Assembly: GCA_002633005.1 (NCBI GenBank) | Contig: NMRA01000019.1 | Span: 941,942-1,005,941 of the forward strand | Length of the DNA stretch: 64,000 nt | Source: Phoronis australis | Taxonomy: Eukaryota > Animalia > Phoronida | Reading direction: 5' to 3' | Shown: positions 50,311 to 64,000 of the stretch, in pieces | Layout of the letters: each line of letters opens with the position of its first letter | Numbering within the stretch: the stretch's first letter is position 1 | Made by a program: the position numbers and the translations under genes | The notes under the pieces: generated by a model | Database searches by the model: none | The model's input: only the letters and a program-made list of their open reading frames with translations | What the model was told of the DNA's origin: nothing

Positions 50311-53300
50311 AAGTCCGCCTTCTATTACAAAAAAAACAAGTTTCGATTTGGCCGCTAACACATGGAATTGGTTTCAAAATTTTCCTTAGTTAAATTAGAA
50401 GTGATTTCGAGACATCGAAAGAAGCGACAGTTCCTTACTGCTTGAGACCAGACTTGACTTGTCACGTCGGGTAATTTTATGCACCAAGCATGACCTCGAA
50501 GAATAAGGAAGATCCAATTCTCTTCAAACCCTAAAATCGATTCTCATACAATTGAAGAGCATGTTGAGATCAATTTTATGACGGTAGATGGCCTAAATAT
50601 TTTTTTTGGCGAAACGCGAGTTTACATCCGCTTTAGAAACGATACAACTTATGTTCTATGTTGTGGATTTCCCCTAAAACGTGTTCTGTCTCTTGCAATT
50701 TTTCAGTTCGTACTTGCTCTGTGAGTGATAAACTATTCAGTTGATACATTGCGCTGCGTTGTAAATCCTGTCGTTGCAGGTGGTCGCCCTTTCCCCAAAG
50801 CCGTCAACTAACTGGCCCCAAGCGTTAGTAACACCTGTCGATTTTCCAGCTTGCACGATTTTTTCAAATTTCCTCCAAATTTGTCGAAGGTTACAGAACA
50901 GTATTTTGTTTCGTGTATTCAAGTGATCTAGTCGTGCCGCATTTGATAGCTTTCAATACATTTTAATAGTCAAACAGACTGTGGTAATACGGTATGAAAG
51001 ACAAAACATGTTACCAAAATGCGTGACAATTCCTTTCAACGGGTGTAATGAAAACCTTACAAGTACGCGCCCCATCCCCGCCCCATCCCTGCCNNNNNNN
51101 NNNNNNNNNNNNNNNNNNCCCGCCCCCCCCCCCCCCCCCCCCATCCCTCCGGACACGTCCAAAAATCGCGCTGTAGATTATCATCTTGAGTTACCACGAA
51201 CGCTTGTGCTTTGGAATCTGTCGTCCCCCTCGTGATGTCCTTGATCCGCCAGTAGTTTGTTATATTATTTTTAAACTCTTCATAAACCTGATTTCAATCT
51301 AATAGAGTTAAATTGGTTCAATTTGTCGCCAAACCTTTTCAAATTAGCTCGCGACAAGGCACTTTGTATTCATGGGGTGTTGGTTTCGCACTGAAGACGT
51401 CTAAAACCTACACTTAATCCAAAGTTTAGTAAATACTGCCAAGTTGGTCATACGTTACCTTGTTAAATTAATTTAAATGAACGTGGCGGCACCAATTCTC
51501 ATGAAGCGTTGCGCATTCCATGGGCACGTTTTGTTAGACACACAAAGTGACCAAATCGCTTTACCCAATTTTCCGTTCAGATGACTATAGAAAACATACG
51601 CGGTTTCACTTTATTTTAAAATTTCCTTTAATTTTCTCTCTGTGCCAGAAATAATTCGCAGCCTTTGTTCTCAACAAAAAACAGGTGCAGCTTCATTGAT
51701 GCTACTTTAAGTCTTATCTGGAAAAGGAGAAAATTGAATTTGGGATTGTTGTGAGATTCAGGCATGCCGCATTAATTTGAATCATCTTTTTAACTTCGTT
51801 TTTCAATCAAGATTACGATTGTCTGACAGTTGAGGCTTTGTGATCTAATATTGAGCTCAGACTACCGGTGAGAAGGACGGCAACAAACGATGGGAAAGGT
51901 AGACGAGGTATGAGAGGGACGGACCCAAAAACGTAAAGAAGATGGGGACGTAGTTGTAGTGGGATGGACAGGGTAACTCATCCATGATTTGAGATTTACA
52001 TTGGATGACAAAGCTTGGAGTTGCACGTTTTTAGTTGTGCGTGATTTTTGCTGCTCCGCTCGTGATGTAAAATGCGATGCTATTGAGCTTGAGCTTGAGA
52101 GAATGTGTAAAACATTTCGTAATGTCACTACATGTATTTTGGGGCACAACTCAATAATTCATGTTGTGTAGGACCTTGTCATGTGCGCACCCAGTCTAAA
52201 ATATAGGGGGGCTCGAATTTTTCTATATGCGTACCTTTTACTGAAAGAAATCAACGAGGACCAAAAAAACGGGACCACTAGGTTCAGGCCCACGAATTGT
52301 GAATCCGCGCCGACTTCCCGTGGATTTTGTGAGCTTTTGTCACGTTTACTCGGCTTGTCAGTATATTTAGCCAAACACTCTACAAAACTATAGGTTTTAA
52401 CTCAGTGAAAGTATATATTTTCTGAGAGTAGAATTTACTTGTTGATTTTATACTACTTTGTTATTAATTGGGTCACGTGCTCATGTCAGTAAAAATTAGG
52501 AGGAAAAAGAAGTGTACATTCATATCAATCCAATGCTATCAACAACATGACCAAGTATCGTTCGTTAAAAATATTCAAGACGAAATCTCAAAAAATATTA
52601 AAGTTTTCTAAATTGTAATATCGTTTTCGCTTGATGAAACTTTTGTTTTTTTTTAATTTTAAAAGTACTATTTTGACAGTCCCTCATGCACAGGTGGAAC
52701 ATTTAAAAAACTTTTCCTAAAAGTGTTTTTGAGAACAGTGGGTAAAGCATAGTTTCTTGAAGTTTTGAAACATGATGTTCCAAAGTTTGTCAAATTTGGC
52801 CATTTTTGAGGGTCCTACATATTTAATGACGTTTTCAATCCATGATCCTCGTCTCTTAATCAGTTGCTACTCGGTGGCACACATTCTGTGCAACTGATCT
52901 TTCGGATTTCCCCACGAATGCTTTGCCTTCAGAGTGTCCACTGTTTGCCGACAGGACTCTGAATTTCTTGTACATGGCCACAGGAGAAATATTCAGCTGG
53001 GGAAAGATGGCCTGGATTGTCTTTCCGGGAAAATCTCAGACTGTTTGACACCCCAATCGATTCCTTGGAATTCCACTGAATTCAAACAGCGCTTTCTAAC
53101 AATCGCTAAAATATATGAAAATTGAATTCGGGAGGATGTTAACATTCTTACACGATTACTTCAGTAGAGTTCATTGCTTGCTTTTAGTTTCTCCGACGCA
53201 AAAGGTCGAACTTGGATTATTTTTGCGCGAGGTTGACAATTTTCCATCTTGCTCGAGACTAAAACTGTAGTCCAAATTGATTTTAATGAAATAAGATTAT

Positions 53301-55786
53301 GATATGTGACGTTTCTTGCTAAACATAATCTGATCATTGAAAACAATAAGGCCCAAAAGTATGATGGTCTGTATACCGACTCATTTTGACTTCTGCGATC
53401 ACTGAGTAAAACAAAAACTAAAAAAGTACAATTTTATCGCCATTTGGTCATTTCCATTTTTGCTGTCGTCAACGGGAATAAAGGAGCACTTTTCGAGCAC
53501 TGCACGACTGCCGCTAGGCCTTCACCCTCCTGGAACATGTTGAAACTGAATAAAAGAATCCAGCGTCATTTTTGTCCGTCTCAGGTAGTTTTTAAAAAAT
53601 ACCGCACTACCGGGACTCATTTGGATAGCTTTGGAACATCATGTCTCAAAATAAGTTTTCGGACTGAAGAATGAAACTTTCAGATACTATGCTTAATCCA
53701 CTTTTTTCCCAAACGATGCTAAGAATTGTTTTTAAAATAATAATTGGACTTTTGTGATTTCCAAAAAAATAAAAGTTGCATAAGACAAAAACCAGATGAT
53801 AATTAATTACAGCATTTTTTGAGATTTCATCTTGAACGTATACATCAAACGAATTTTCGTTCCTGCGAAGAACAAAACTTTCTAATGACTTACAATTATT
53901 GTCTAGAAGTAGCGCCGCATGGTTTACCAGATTCACTGTCCGTGCTTGATTGTACCTGTGAGCGGAGCACATTAGAATAGATAAGGCCCACGGAGTGTTG
54001 ACGCCTTTACATCCCTCCGTTGTCGATCTGAATTGCGCATAACCGAAACTGTTGCCAACATGTGCGAATTTAGTGAGGCAAGACACTTCCTCACCCCCAC
54101 CCCCGCTACTGACACAACTCATCGCATGTCACGCAGACATTTTTCCTTCGAGAATTGTGTGGCCGATAATATGACTTGTAAACTTTGGTCCTGAAAATTT
54201 AAATCATTTAAATTGAAAAATATATGATATACACACGGCATGCCATTTTAATAATTGAAGTGTCTGCTGATTTCCTATAGCATTGATAATTTTCAGTTTG
54301 AAATAAAACTGTTTGGTTTGTTCTTGTTGAATATATTGCCTCAAAGTTATCCAGCTGAAACAAGCCTAAATTTTTGTTTTACAGCTATGTCGCTTGTTGT
54401 TATAAATCTTCTCCGCTAGGTGGTGGAGTGTCACTGATATCGACACAAAAGGCATCTTGTGAGTTGGTAACCGCAGTGCAGGACGTATTTACAACATTGG
54501 CTACACGCGGCCGTGCAGAACAGCGAGGTCTTACGCACTGCCTCGGGTGAATTACCAACCATTTCTGAGTTAGTTTATGTAGCATGGCGAGCACGCAGCC
54601 GTCGGCGAGAACAGGTGCAGGATGAGAAGTATTAATATAGTTATTCTCTCCCAAAACTCTTCAGTTAGAACTTCAAACGGTACATTTAATTGCAATAAAA
54701 CATCATTCGACCGTTGCCTATGAGTCGTGCCGCTGGCCACATTTCAAAGTGATCTTTCTCCACTGCTTGCCTGTTTGCTTCGTCTCAACACCTGTCGTGC
54801 CCGGTCTGCACGCGTTCCACTGAATCCCCCTAATTGTAGACAAATGTTTTATCTTAAACTTTGCTCCGCAGTGTTAAAGAAATATTTTCATAAAGTGTTA
54901 GGTGTTTTATGAGCTTAGTATGTCGTCTTGGTGGATAATTCGCTTTTTATTTGCAGCAATAGCCAGGGCGCGTGAACACGCCAGAACATTGGAATTTTGA
55001 AAGACTCGTACATGAAAGAAGCCCGTATTATTCAATAACAGTAAAGTTGGTTTATATTAACCCAATGTTTTACTATTTTGAAGACATAAATTGAAACATA
55101 AATGAATGTAACGAAATAATCAAAACTGCGTTTTTGAATTACTGGACCGCTAAGAGTTACAAAAACGCTCAATTTGCTGGGACCTGTGTTGTTTAACGTT
55201 GAGGATTCAGTAAAAACAAAATAGGTAATACGAAGACGAATTGCCAGAATTTTCACGCTTTATGTCTGGTGTCAATTTAATTATGGGCAACTTTCTTGGA
55301 AAACACGAACGGATTTATTTGAAAGTTGAAAATAGCGGCTTAAGAAATAGACCTTCTACCAACCAACACCAATGTAAAACAAATAATGAATTAGATTTGT
55401 TTCTGGAACGAAACGTGCAACTTAAACGCTGAAATCATAATTGACGTTAAATCAAACATTCTAAAATGTACATCACGCAACAATCACAGCTCGGTCAAGT
55501 GTGTCGTTATGATGGTAATAAATGAATCAATGAAGGCATAGATCATAATTCATGGTCTCTTCTTTCAGTCTACATTCTAAAGCAAGCACTTTCGCAAGGA
55601 TAATCCTTGTTGGCGCATGCGTAATATTGTCAGGCCGAACTGTTGAACCACGTCTTGATCCTAATTGGCCAGCAGTGATGAACAGTGATGAGTAGGGTGT
55701 TAACATCTAATAGAAGGACATACAAAACATGCCAATCTAATTTCGTAGCTGAATGAGCGTAAATAAGCGAAGATACTGCTGATAAC

Positions 55787-56372
55787 ATGGAAGCATCGTT
55801 TAGAGGATCACCACATTTGTCGTCGGCTTTTGAACGAGTAAAACCATCGGGGCACCTGTTGACTTCGAGGAAATGTTGTGACAGCAGACGTTTTGATTCT
55901 AGCAATGCTGATAAAGCAAATTTACGAACAGAAGAGAACCTCGTCTGCTCTCCTGTACCGGTGAGAGGAACGAACGCAGACGACGCGCACGTGCATAAGA
56001 AAGTAATAGGTGATCCACGGTGTCGATACACACCGACAAGAAATATTGTCGAAAAATTGGAAGACAAAATTGCGTGTACAACACACGGGATGAGCTCCAA
56101 TCAAAGACAGGTATCTGACGCTCGTAGTAGACTGCAAGTAGGCCGACCAACTTCGTTTTCGGTGTCGGACATTTTAGATCCTGGAAAATTCAGGGGAGGT
56201 CCAATTTTACACGAACAAAAAAGCTGGACTGCAAATAAACGATGGCCTGTGTCTTCTGACAGAAAATCCCCGTCTGCTCTTTTGCTTGAGACAAGATCTC
56301 CACACTCAGTTACAGACAAGGTCAACTTAGAGAAGGATGACGTTGACGTAGAATTTGAGGATGAAAGTTCAG
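55787..56372 (+). CDS. NK1: NK1/slouch homeobox protein, exon 1 (eh1/TN motif, acidic stretch)
   Basis: Long open frame with TSFSVSDILDPGKF (NK1-type eh1); donor CAG|GTAAGT in phase 1. Confidence 0.87.
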
Positions 56373-59300
56373 GTAAGTTCGAAAACTCGATATCTGCGGC
56401 TTCTAAAATGTTACGGTTTTAATTCAAATGAGGCTTTTTAAACATTTGTTTATAGCACAACATAAGGTGGCATGTAATGCATATTGAATAATTTAAGCTC
56501 ACCATCAACATGTAGTAGGGGTCAATAACGAGACATATTCTAAACACGTTTATTTAAGGTTTCAGAATTAGGAGACTGAAATACTGTCGGTATGTGTAAC
56601 AATTTGACATAAGATCAGGCGAAACCCAAAATTACAGGAAGCATTTACATTTGAAAATTGTTTTCAAATCACTATAACGCGTTGTAAATGTCCTTATAAA
56701 AAGTTTCGTGAAGTTACAGTGGGCTCGATAACCATTGTTTTTTACCAACCACTAAATTTATGAGTTTAGTCAGACTCCTAGAACTAGTTTCCAAATGTGT
56801 AAATTGAGAAAATCACAAGGCTACGCCAAGTAATTAGATCACTGTTTTCTGAAATATAACTTTTTTGATTGCTAATATTTATTCTCATAAACGATTTCAA
56901 AAGTTTCACAGTTGAACTTTGTCTCTCAAATGTTGTGCTGCCGCTGCAGGTATTTACTGTAAAAATGTTCACAAATGCGCAAATGCGCAAAATCGAGTGG
57001 GCACTAAAAACCATTCCTCAATACCAAACAGTGCAATTAATTAGTCACCAAGGAAGGGTGGTAATTCAAATGCTACCGATCCATCTGCTTATCATTTTTC
57101 AAGCATCGCTTTCTGGTTTATGCCTTTACAGTCTGTAGTAACACAAGTGGCTCTATTTCTTATAGGGTTGTTAGCAGGCCTTCATCCTTTGTATAGATAT
57201 TGTCGAGACATTTGAAGTTTCTATTCGTTTCAGTGCCAGATATGTAAAACATCAACATTAAACTTGTAGTGTGCCATGCATATATTGTTCGTGCTTGGGT
57301 CAGTATCTGTCATTTTCCAATCAATCTATTATCTTCACCTATACGTGACATCAAGTTTTAAATTCACATTTGTTCACACTCTTTGATAAGGATTAATTAT
57401 TGGTGGTATTACTGTCATATTATAATTATTATTACTCCTGTTCCTGGCATTACCAATTTGTCTACCATTATTTAGCATTTTGTCGGTAACGTCATGGACC
57501 CCACTGTCGCTCTGTCAGTGGTTCCGAGCAGTTCGCGGTACCACGACGACAAAACTGCTACAGAATTGCCCTTTTGTTACCTAATTTTAAATAAGGCAAC
57601 AGTGCCGTTATCGTGATAACGGTAATTTAAAAAATACCACGTGGTGTAATCCACGATGAGAGAGCTCATCAAACTGGCTTTTATTAACGAATATTTTTTT
57701 AAAAGTAGATGATTTGATGCGGTTGATTTTGTTTTGTATCCGTTCTTATTGGTAAACAATTACCCTAAAATTTCAAAAGTGAACTACACTAGTTTTATAA
57801 CAAAGCGCTGCAGCTAATTACGATTTTAAAACAGGTATAAACGCGAATTTCATTTTAGGAGCAAAATGTATTCAATATAAAAAATCTTAATCGCAAGTCG
57901 TTAGAACACTTGGTCTGGTCCAGCTTCTGTGGGTGTAATGCACACTTTGTGTTCATGATTTAAAGCTTTGGGTGGATGATGTCCCTGCCTTTGGCAGCAT
58001 CAGTTGCATTTCTCGCCCAGGATGTCTGTTATTAATTCATTACATATTCATGTCTACGATTCGGTGTGACTTTATTTCGATGGCCAATTCACCAGCCTGA
58101 AAATTGAACGAAACCATGTCGTATGTTGAGGGTCTCGTTTTGTGATGCACTTTTTAATGTCTATTTAAGTTGGGTTTGTAAAAATGATTTCGTTGTTTCG
58201 GTTCCCAGAGAGAGAAAGATGTGCGAAACTATTACGCTTAAATGAAATTCAAAAGAGCCGTATTGATCTGCCTCTTTCCTGAAATTACTGGATATTAGCT
58301 TAAAATTTTGTCAAAACCATCACTTTCCAGGGCGTCTTTATCCGGTCGTAATTTTAATACTGAATAACCATCGTTTGATAAGACAGTCACCCAGCTGTCC
58401 TAGGCAATGCCGTATAATATTCGCCGACTTCACATGTGAGAAAATCCTCGACAACGCCACTATGGCCAGAAGGTTCACGGGTACTCTTTTTCATCCTGTC
58501 ATATTAAATATCTGTTTATCATAATTGTGTGTCTTTTTTCCGTTTAATTACCACGGGACATGTAAAATTGTGCTGATCGTTTGATAGCCGCCGGAATTTG
58601 GTTTCGTGTTATAAGTATTGGCAATCCTAATTCTAGCTGTAATTATCTATCTTAGATGTTTACCTGGCGGCATAGTCAGGTACACAATTCGCACGCAGGT
58701 GCAACCATCAGATTTATAACTTTTATGCGCTAATTTGTTGCTGGGGAATTTATTTCCAACACATGCTTCATATTTTAACTTTAAAATTTCCGAGATTTTC
58801 AATGAGCTGGGTCGACAATTATACAGACGAACAAACACGATTAATAAAGAATAGATACAATAGTTTAATATGAATATTGGGGTGTTCAAATGACGTTTCA
58901 GGTTATATGATAACAAAAGCGACGTTAGAGCGACCGTACACTGTCGGATTTAGGTTATTACCTGCGTTTTTGACGCGTAAGTAATAAATACAAAGTTTTG
59001 GTGTAACCTGCACATTAATAGGGTGACTGCCGGATTGTATGCGAAACGCGGGATTTGTAATAACTCTGCATGACGTTGAAGAAATTATTCAATTCTTGTA
59101 AAGAACGTTCGGCACAATACCTGGTTTTGACTTATGCTGTCAAATTTTTAGTTCACAAGAATAACGATCTGACATTCAACACTACCTATTATTTTGTTGT
59201 TGCACATTCAGAAATAAAAAGTTTAACTAAAACTCAAAACTGGATTCTTTTTTACTTTTAAAATCTAGAGAGCATCATGTGTCAGTACGTAATACATGAA

Positions 59301-61752
59301 TTGGCTTGTGTTAAAATTCGTTTAAAACCGAGTAATCCTTTTGAAAAATATTAATTTTACATCTGTGAGCAATTTAGTTTACATTATTTTATAAAACTGA
59401 GTTTTTGACACCATGCATGCTTGAGCGGCATCGACCGGAACTAACGCACCTTGAAAAAACAGAAGCGTGGATGAGCGCCTGGTTGTGCCCATAAAGAACA
59501 GCAATAATGTAACTTGAAGACATTATTTCCTTTTCATCAGTTTAGAATACATTAAGAATCTAGAAATAAAATGGGATCATTTTGTAAAATGCAGCCTTGC
59601 ATGCATTAGCATTTTTATTGGTAATTCATAAAATGTGGAGTTTAACGCTGTTCAATTGTGGCAGCCATTTTATTGGTGCATCATCGGAAATTAAGAATTT
59701 GTTTTGATATTTCCGTTCTCATTAATGTTGATTATTTTGAAAGCATTTGATTACGTGTTGAAGGAGCATAACTGAGGGATTTGTTAAAACTAGATTGGTT
59801 TGCGGTCAAATTCTTTTTGTGAAGTTTCACATGAAAGGGTGCGGAATGGGTATCTTTAAGTGGCTGCGTACGAACACCATCTTATTCGTATAAAGCACGT
59901 GCCTAATTTGGTATAAAACCTGCCTTGTCCTTTAACGACGTTCCAACTGCTAAAGCGTTTAGAGGTTCAAGCACCGGCTTGCTTCTTTGACAACCCTGTG
60001 TCCATGATTCATCAAACTGATTTCCCCACAATTTGAGATCTCTGTAGTGACTCGATGTTAGACATACCAGCGCGTGGTGGTATGTCCGAGACGGCTTGAA
60101 CTGCTTCAAATGGTTCTCACTACGGCAACTCTGAGATTCTTTTGTGCGGAATTGGGACGTGCAATGTCAATGTGATTATCAGGAAAATAACATTTTCGTT
60201 ACTCTACAAGAAAATGAACAAAAACTACTACCCAAACAATTACGGTACGTACGTGTACTTTTTAGTTGTAAATGTTTGAAGGAAGCCGAGTTGTAGAAAC
60301 CACAAATGTTCACGGTTTGGGTGTGAATGAACACGCTTCGCGTATGCTGTTTTAATGTCATCATTTAGTTTAAAATAGTTTGTCCCAGACAGGCGTGCAA
60401 CAAAAATTATGATTTTGAATATTAGTAAAAATGATAATTAATATATCTAATTTGGAACAGCTACAGTTAGCATTTGATGTCGCACGTGTTCTTATCTAAA
60501 TTACCATGTTAAAGAAAATCACCCTTTCAATGAACCGTATCGGAATTCAACATTTTACAAGTGAAGATACCCTTCACGTTATTGTGAATTCCATTGTCTA
60601 ACCGAAAAAGCGCTGGCATTTCGCGCGAGTGTTAAACCACTCAGAAAGCGGGAAAATTATTTTAGCATTACGATGCACGTGCTTTAATCATTCCAAGCAT
60701 TTACAAAAGATCGTTCGGTCGGATTTTAATAGCGAAAATAGTCCTCAACACGCGCCGGTGTGGTATTCACCTAACGCAAACTATCGCTTCAAATGCTTTA
60801 GAACATAATCTGCCAAACACTTGTCGTCGTTTGAAAGCAATCAGCGAGATTTCGCGGCCAATTACACTTTGATGTAGATGGTTAAGATATCGCTTCGCTA
60901 ATTTATTTTTAAAAACAGGTGCTGCCACTATTTGCTGTGCAAGGCGTAAACGAAAACTCATAAGCTAAGTTACGCTAAACACATACGATACCTTGATGTA
61001 ATTATATTCGCATTGGCTGGAATGCTGGTGAGAAGTTCTTCGGTGGAAAGACCTTCAAAAATATCGTCAACTGAAGCAACGACTGCATATTTTTTCCAGT
61101 GAGATTGACGCTCCTGTGCCTCATAAGCTCGTGAAATTTGCCATGCTCGTTTCGTCTGGAAGTCCTCTGATTGAACGACACAATATAGATTAACTAAACG
61201 TGACTTCTGTCTTCTTTTAAAAATGCAAAAAAATACGTGAATATATTCAACATTCACTTTTTTCAATGTACAATATTATTAGCGTAAAATGTCGAATTCA
61301 AAATCGGTACTTTACCCGAGGTTCTCTAAGAATGATATTCCATCTGACACCAACCAAGCCATATCATCAATTTAATTGTCTTCTGGTTGTAATTTCAGAT
61401 CATTGTGATAAAAGGTATCAATGGTTCTGCTCCAAACGCCATTCGGATGATGAACCTGTACTTTGCTTTGAAATTCCTGTCAGACAAATTCAACGTCTTT
61501 GTTAATTAACGACAGGGTACACTTTAGAAAAGTTCTTTGTAAAACATTTTGTTTTTGATCGGCCAAGCGCTTCCTGTCCCGGGCGAACAATGAATCAGCT
61601 AACAACAATAGTCCCAAAGTGACATAAGCCACGCTGCCCAATCGTGAACAATACCAATGATGTCGTGCAGTCATAACAGTAGCTCATTGAAACCCAGGGA
61701 TTTATCATTATATTGCATGTAATTTTATCACGTTTTAAGGTCAATTATGTAA

Positions 61753-62373
<621 letters not shown>

Positions 62374-62888
62374 CTCGCACCTGTGAACTTGACGCTCCAG
62401 CGGAGTTGAGTTCCAAGGACTCCGCAGTTGCGCATATCAGTCGCAAGAAATGTTACTCAAAGTCTTCCGTCACCATATTTACGTACCGGTAACTACTGGA
62501 TGCCGTTTTCGTTGTTGGTCAAAGCTAACTGAGAAGAATTCCTTTGCAGTTCATATCTTCCCTGCAGTTTAGAGTTCCGAACGCAAAAACATAATCATTC
62601 CGTTGGCGATGACAAGCGAATGATCTACTGTCCTTATTGCGGAAAGCTCCTCCTTAGGGCCGACGATGAGGTATTTTACGTTCTCAAATGCGCGTTTCTT
62701 TCTTTGAACCATCACGCTACCTGGAGTATGAAGAAGTACAAAAGATTCGTGAAATGAGATTTCGGTTAACATCACTCAAATACCACCATGGTTGTGACTT
62801 GAAGTGATCAAAATCTTAGAGTGATCCCTAACATTTTAAAGACGTACCTCTTGTTAAACGATAGGTCGTTGTGATAATTATTTATATT

Positions 62889-62910
62889 AATAAATTTACA
62901 AATTAATAAA
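62889..62910 (+). terminator. Candidate polyadenylation signals of NK1
   Basis: Two AATAAA hexamers (62889-62894, 62905-62910) about 520 nt after the stop. Confidence 0.55.
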
Positions 62911-64000
62911 CTTGTTGTAACTTACTTACTGCAGTCGCTAATACAGGGAGTGGAAGCCCCTAAGCGATTCCAGCTACGACCGATTCCCAGCCCCGGACCA
63001 ACAGGCATCAAACCCGCGGTACCAATTCCAAGCCCAAGCCTGTGAACTCCACACACACGTCGGAAATGTTCCGTACATGGTAGCCAAACTCCATTCCCGC
63101 AGACCAAACTCCAGCTCTGGGGACCAGTTAGTCAGGTGAGGAATCTGTTCACCAGGACTGGGGTCTGGTCACTGACTGTGTGAGGAGTTTGGCGCGCGGG
63201 TCTGGGTATTTAAACCATTTATTGTCACTGCCTTGGAATCAAAGTGCATCGACTGTCTTGTATAGAAGACAAAGAAGATGACACCACGTTACGCAAAGAT
63301 ATTAAGACATTTAAAATATCTCCGGGAAAAGGTGCAGTAATACGGATGCCTGAAGAACATGTGCTACCAAGGAATTGGCGGTGCTCGCATGAACTTTATT
63401 TGTGCATGTCCTAATAGTTCCACATGAGTGCAACGCGGTTTCGTGATGTGCAGTCGTGTTCGCCTCAGGAAAGAAAGATTCAAAGTGGTGGCTTGGTTTC
63501 CACTGCAACTCCTCGGACTATTCATAACAAGCAAACCGCGTTTATCGTAAAAGGCAGATAATATGCTTTCTTTCGGCTTGTTTTGATATCCTATACTAAG
63601 CCTTTTCGGTGTTTAAAATGTGCAAAATTATGTGCACCAACCATTTACCTGTTGCTGTCTTCTTATATGTTCGATGACCCGGCACGTGGCTTGCAGATAG
63701 TTGACGACTTATCTTTCCTCGGTAGCTTTGAAGTCATCATGACTCGCCTTCCATTGTTGCACCGTTTTGTCGCTAACGAAATACACCGAAGAAATTCAAT
63801 AAAGGGACCAGGCTTTTCCTTAGCCTTGAAATTGTTCATCAACTTTATAAATAGTGTTATTTTCCAAGCTGTCTTTATCTGGACTCGATATCTCGTTTCA
63901 GGGCGCGATTTGTCATCCGTTCTTAACAAGCTGTTATCAAGAAAACTTTGAATTTGCAATACATATTTGGCCCAAGTATTCCAGAGCAAATTTTAAAACG

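Noticed and set aside
55630-56325. Several minus-strand ORFs
   Set aside because: Antisense shadows of NK1 exon 1

Overview
AT-rich, intron-containing animal genomic DNA, probably from a marine invertebrate (cnidarian is a guess), with two assembly gaps. Three spliced genes can be rebuilt by hand with GT-AG junctions and consistent phases. (1) A Not/Noto homeobox gene (minus strand, 3 exons, 14322-11044). (2) An NK1/slouch homeobox gene (plus strand, 2 exons, 55787-62373), divergent from Not. (3) Between them, a 6-exon, 537-aa minus-strand gene (37393-29113) that the ORF track shows only as fragments. Its order of elements is: signal peptide; zinc-dependent AID/APOBEC (SNAD)-like deaminase (H104-x-E106, YTINSPC135-x2-C138); an internal HDEL followed directly by an RKKR furin site and flanked by cysteines; then two MytiLec/ricin-B-type beta-trefoil lectin domains. 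This layout resembles an AB toxin with a cryptic ER-retrieval signal and is the main finding; the function is inferred, not shown. The rest is transposon relics (Penelope-like RT/GIY-YIG, THAP and YqaJ fragments, MITEs with visible TIRs and TSDs), micro- and minisatellites, and a possible decayed spliced gene at 24.6-27 kb.
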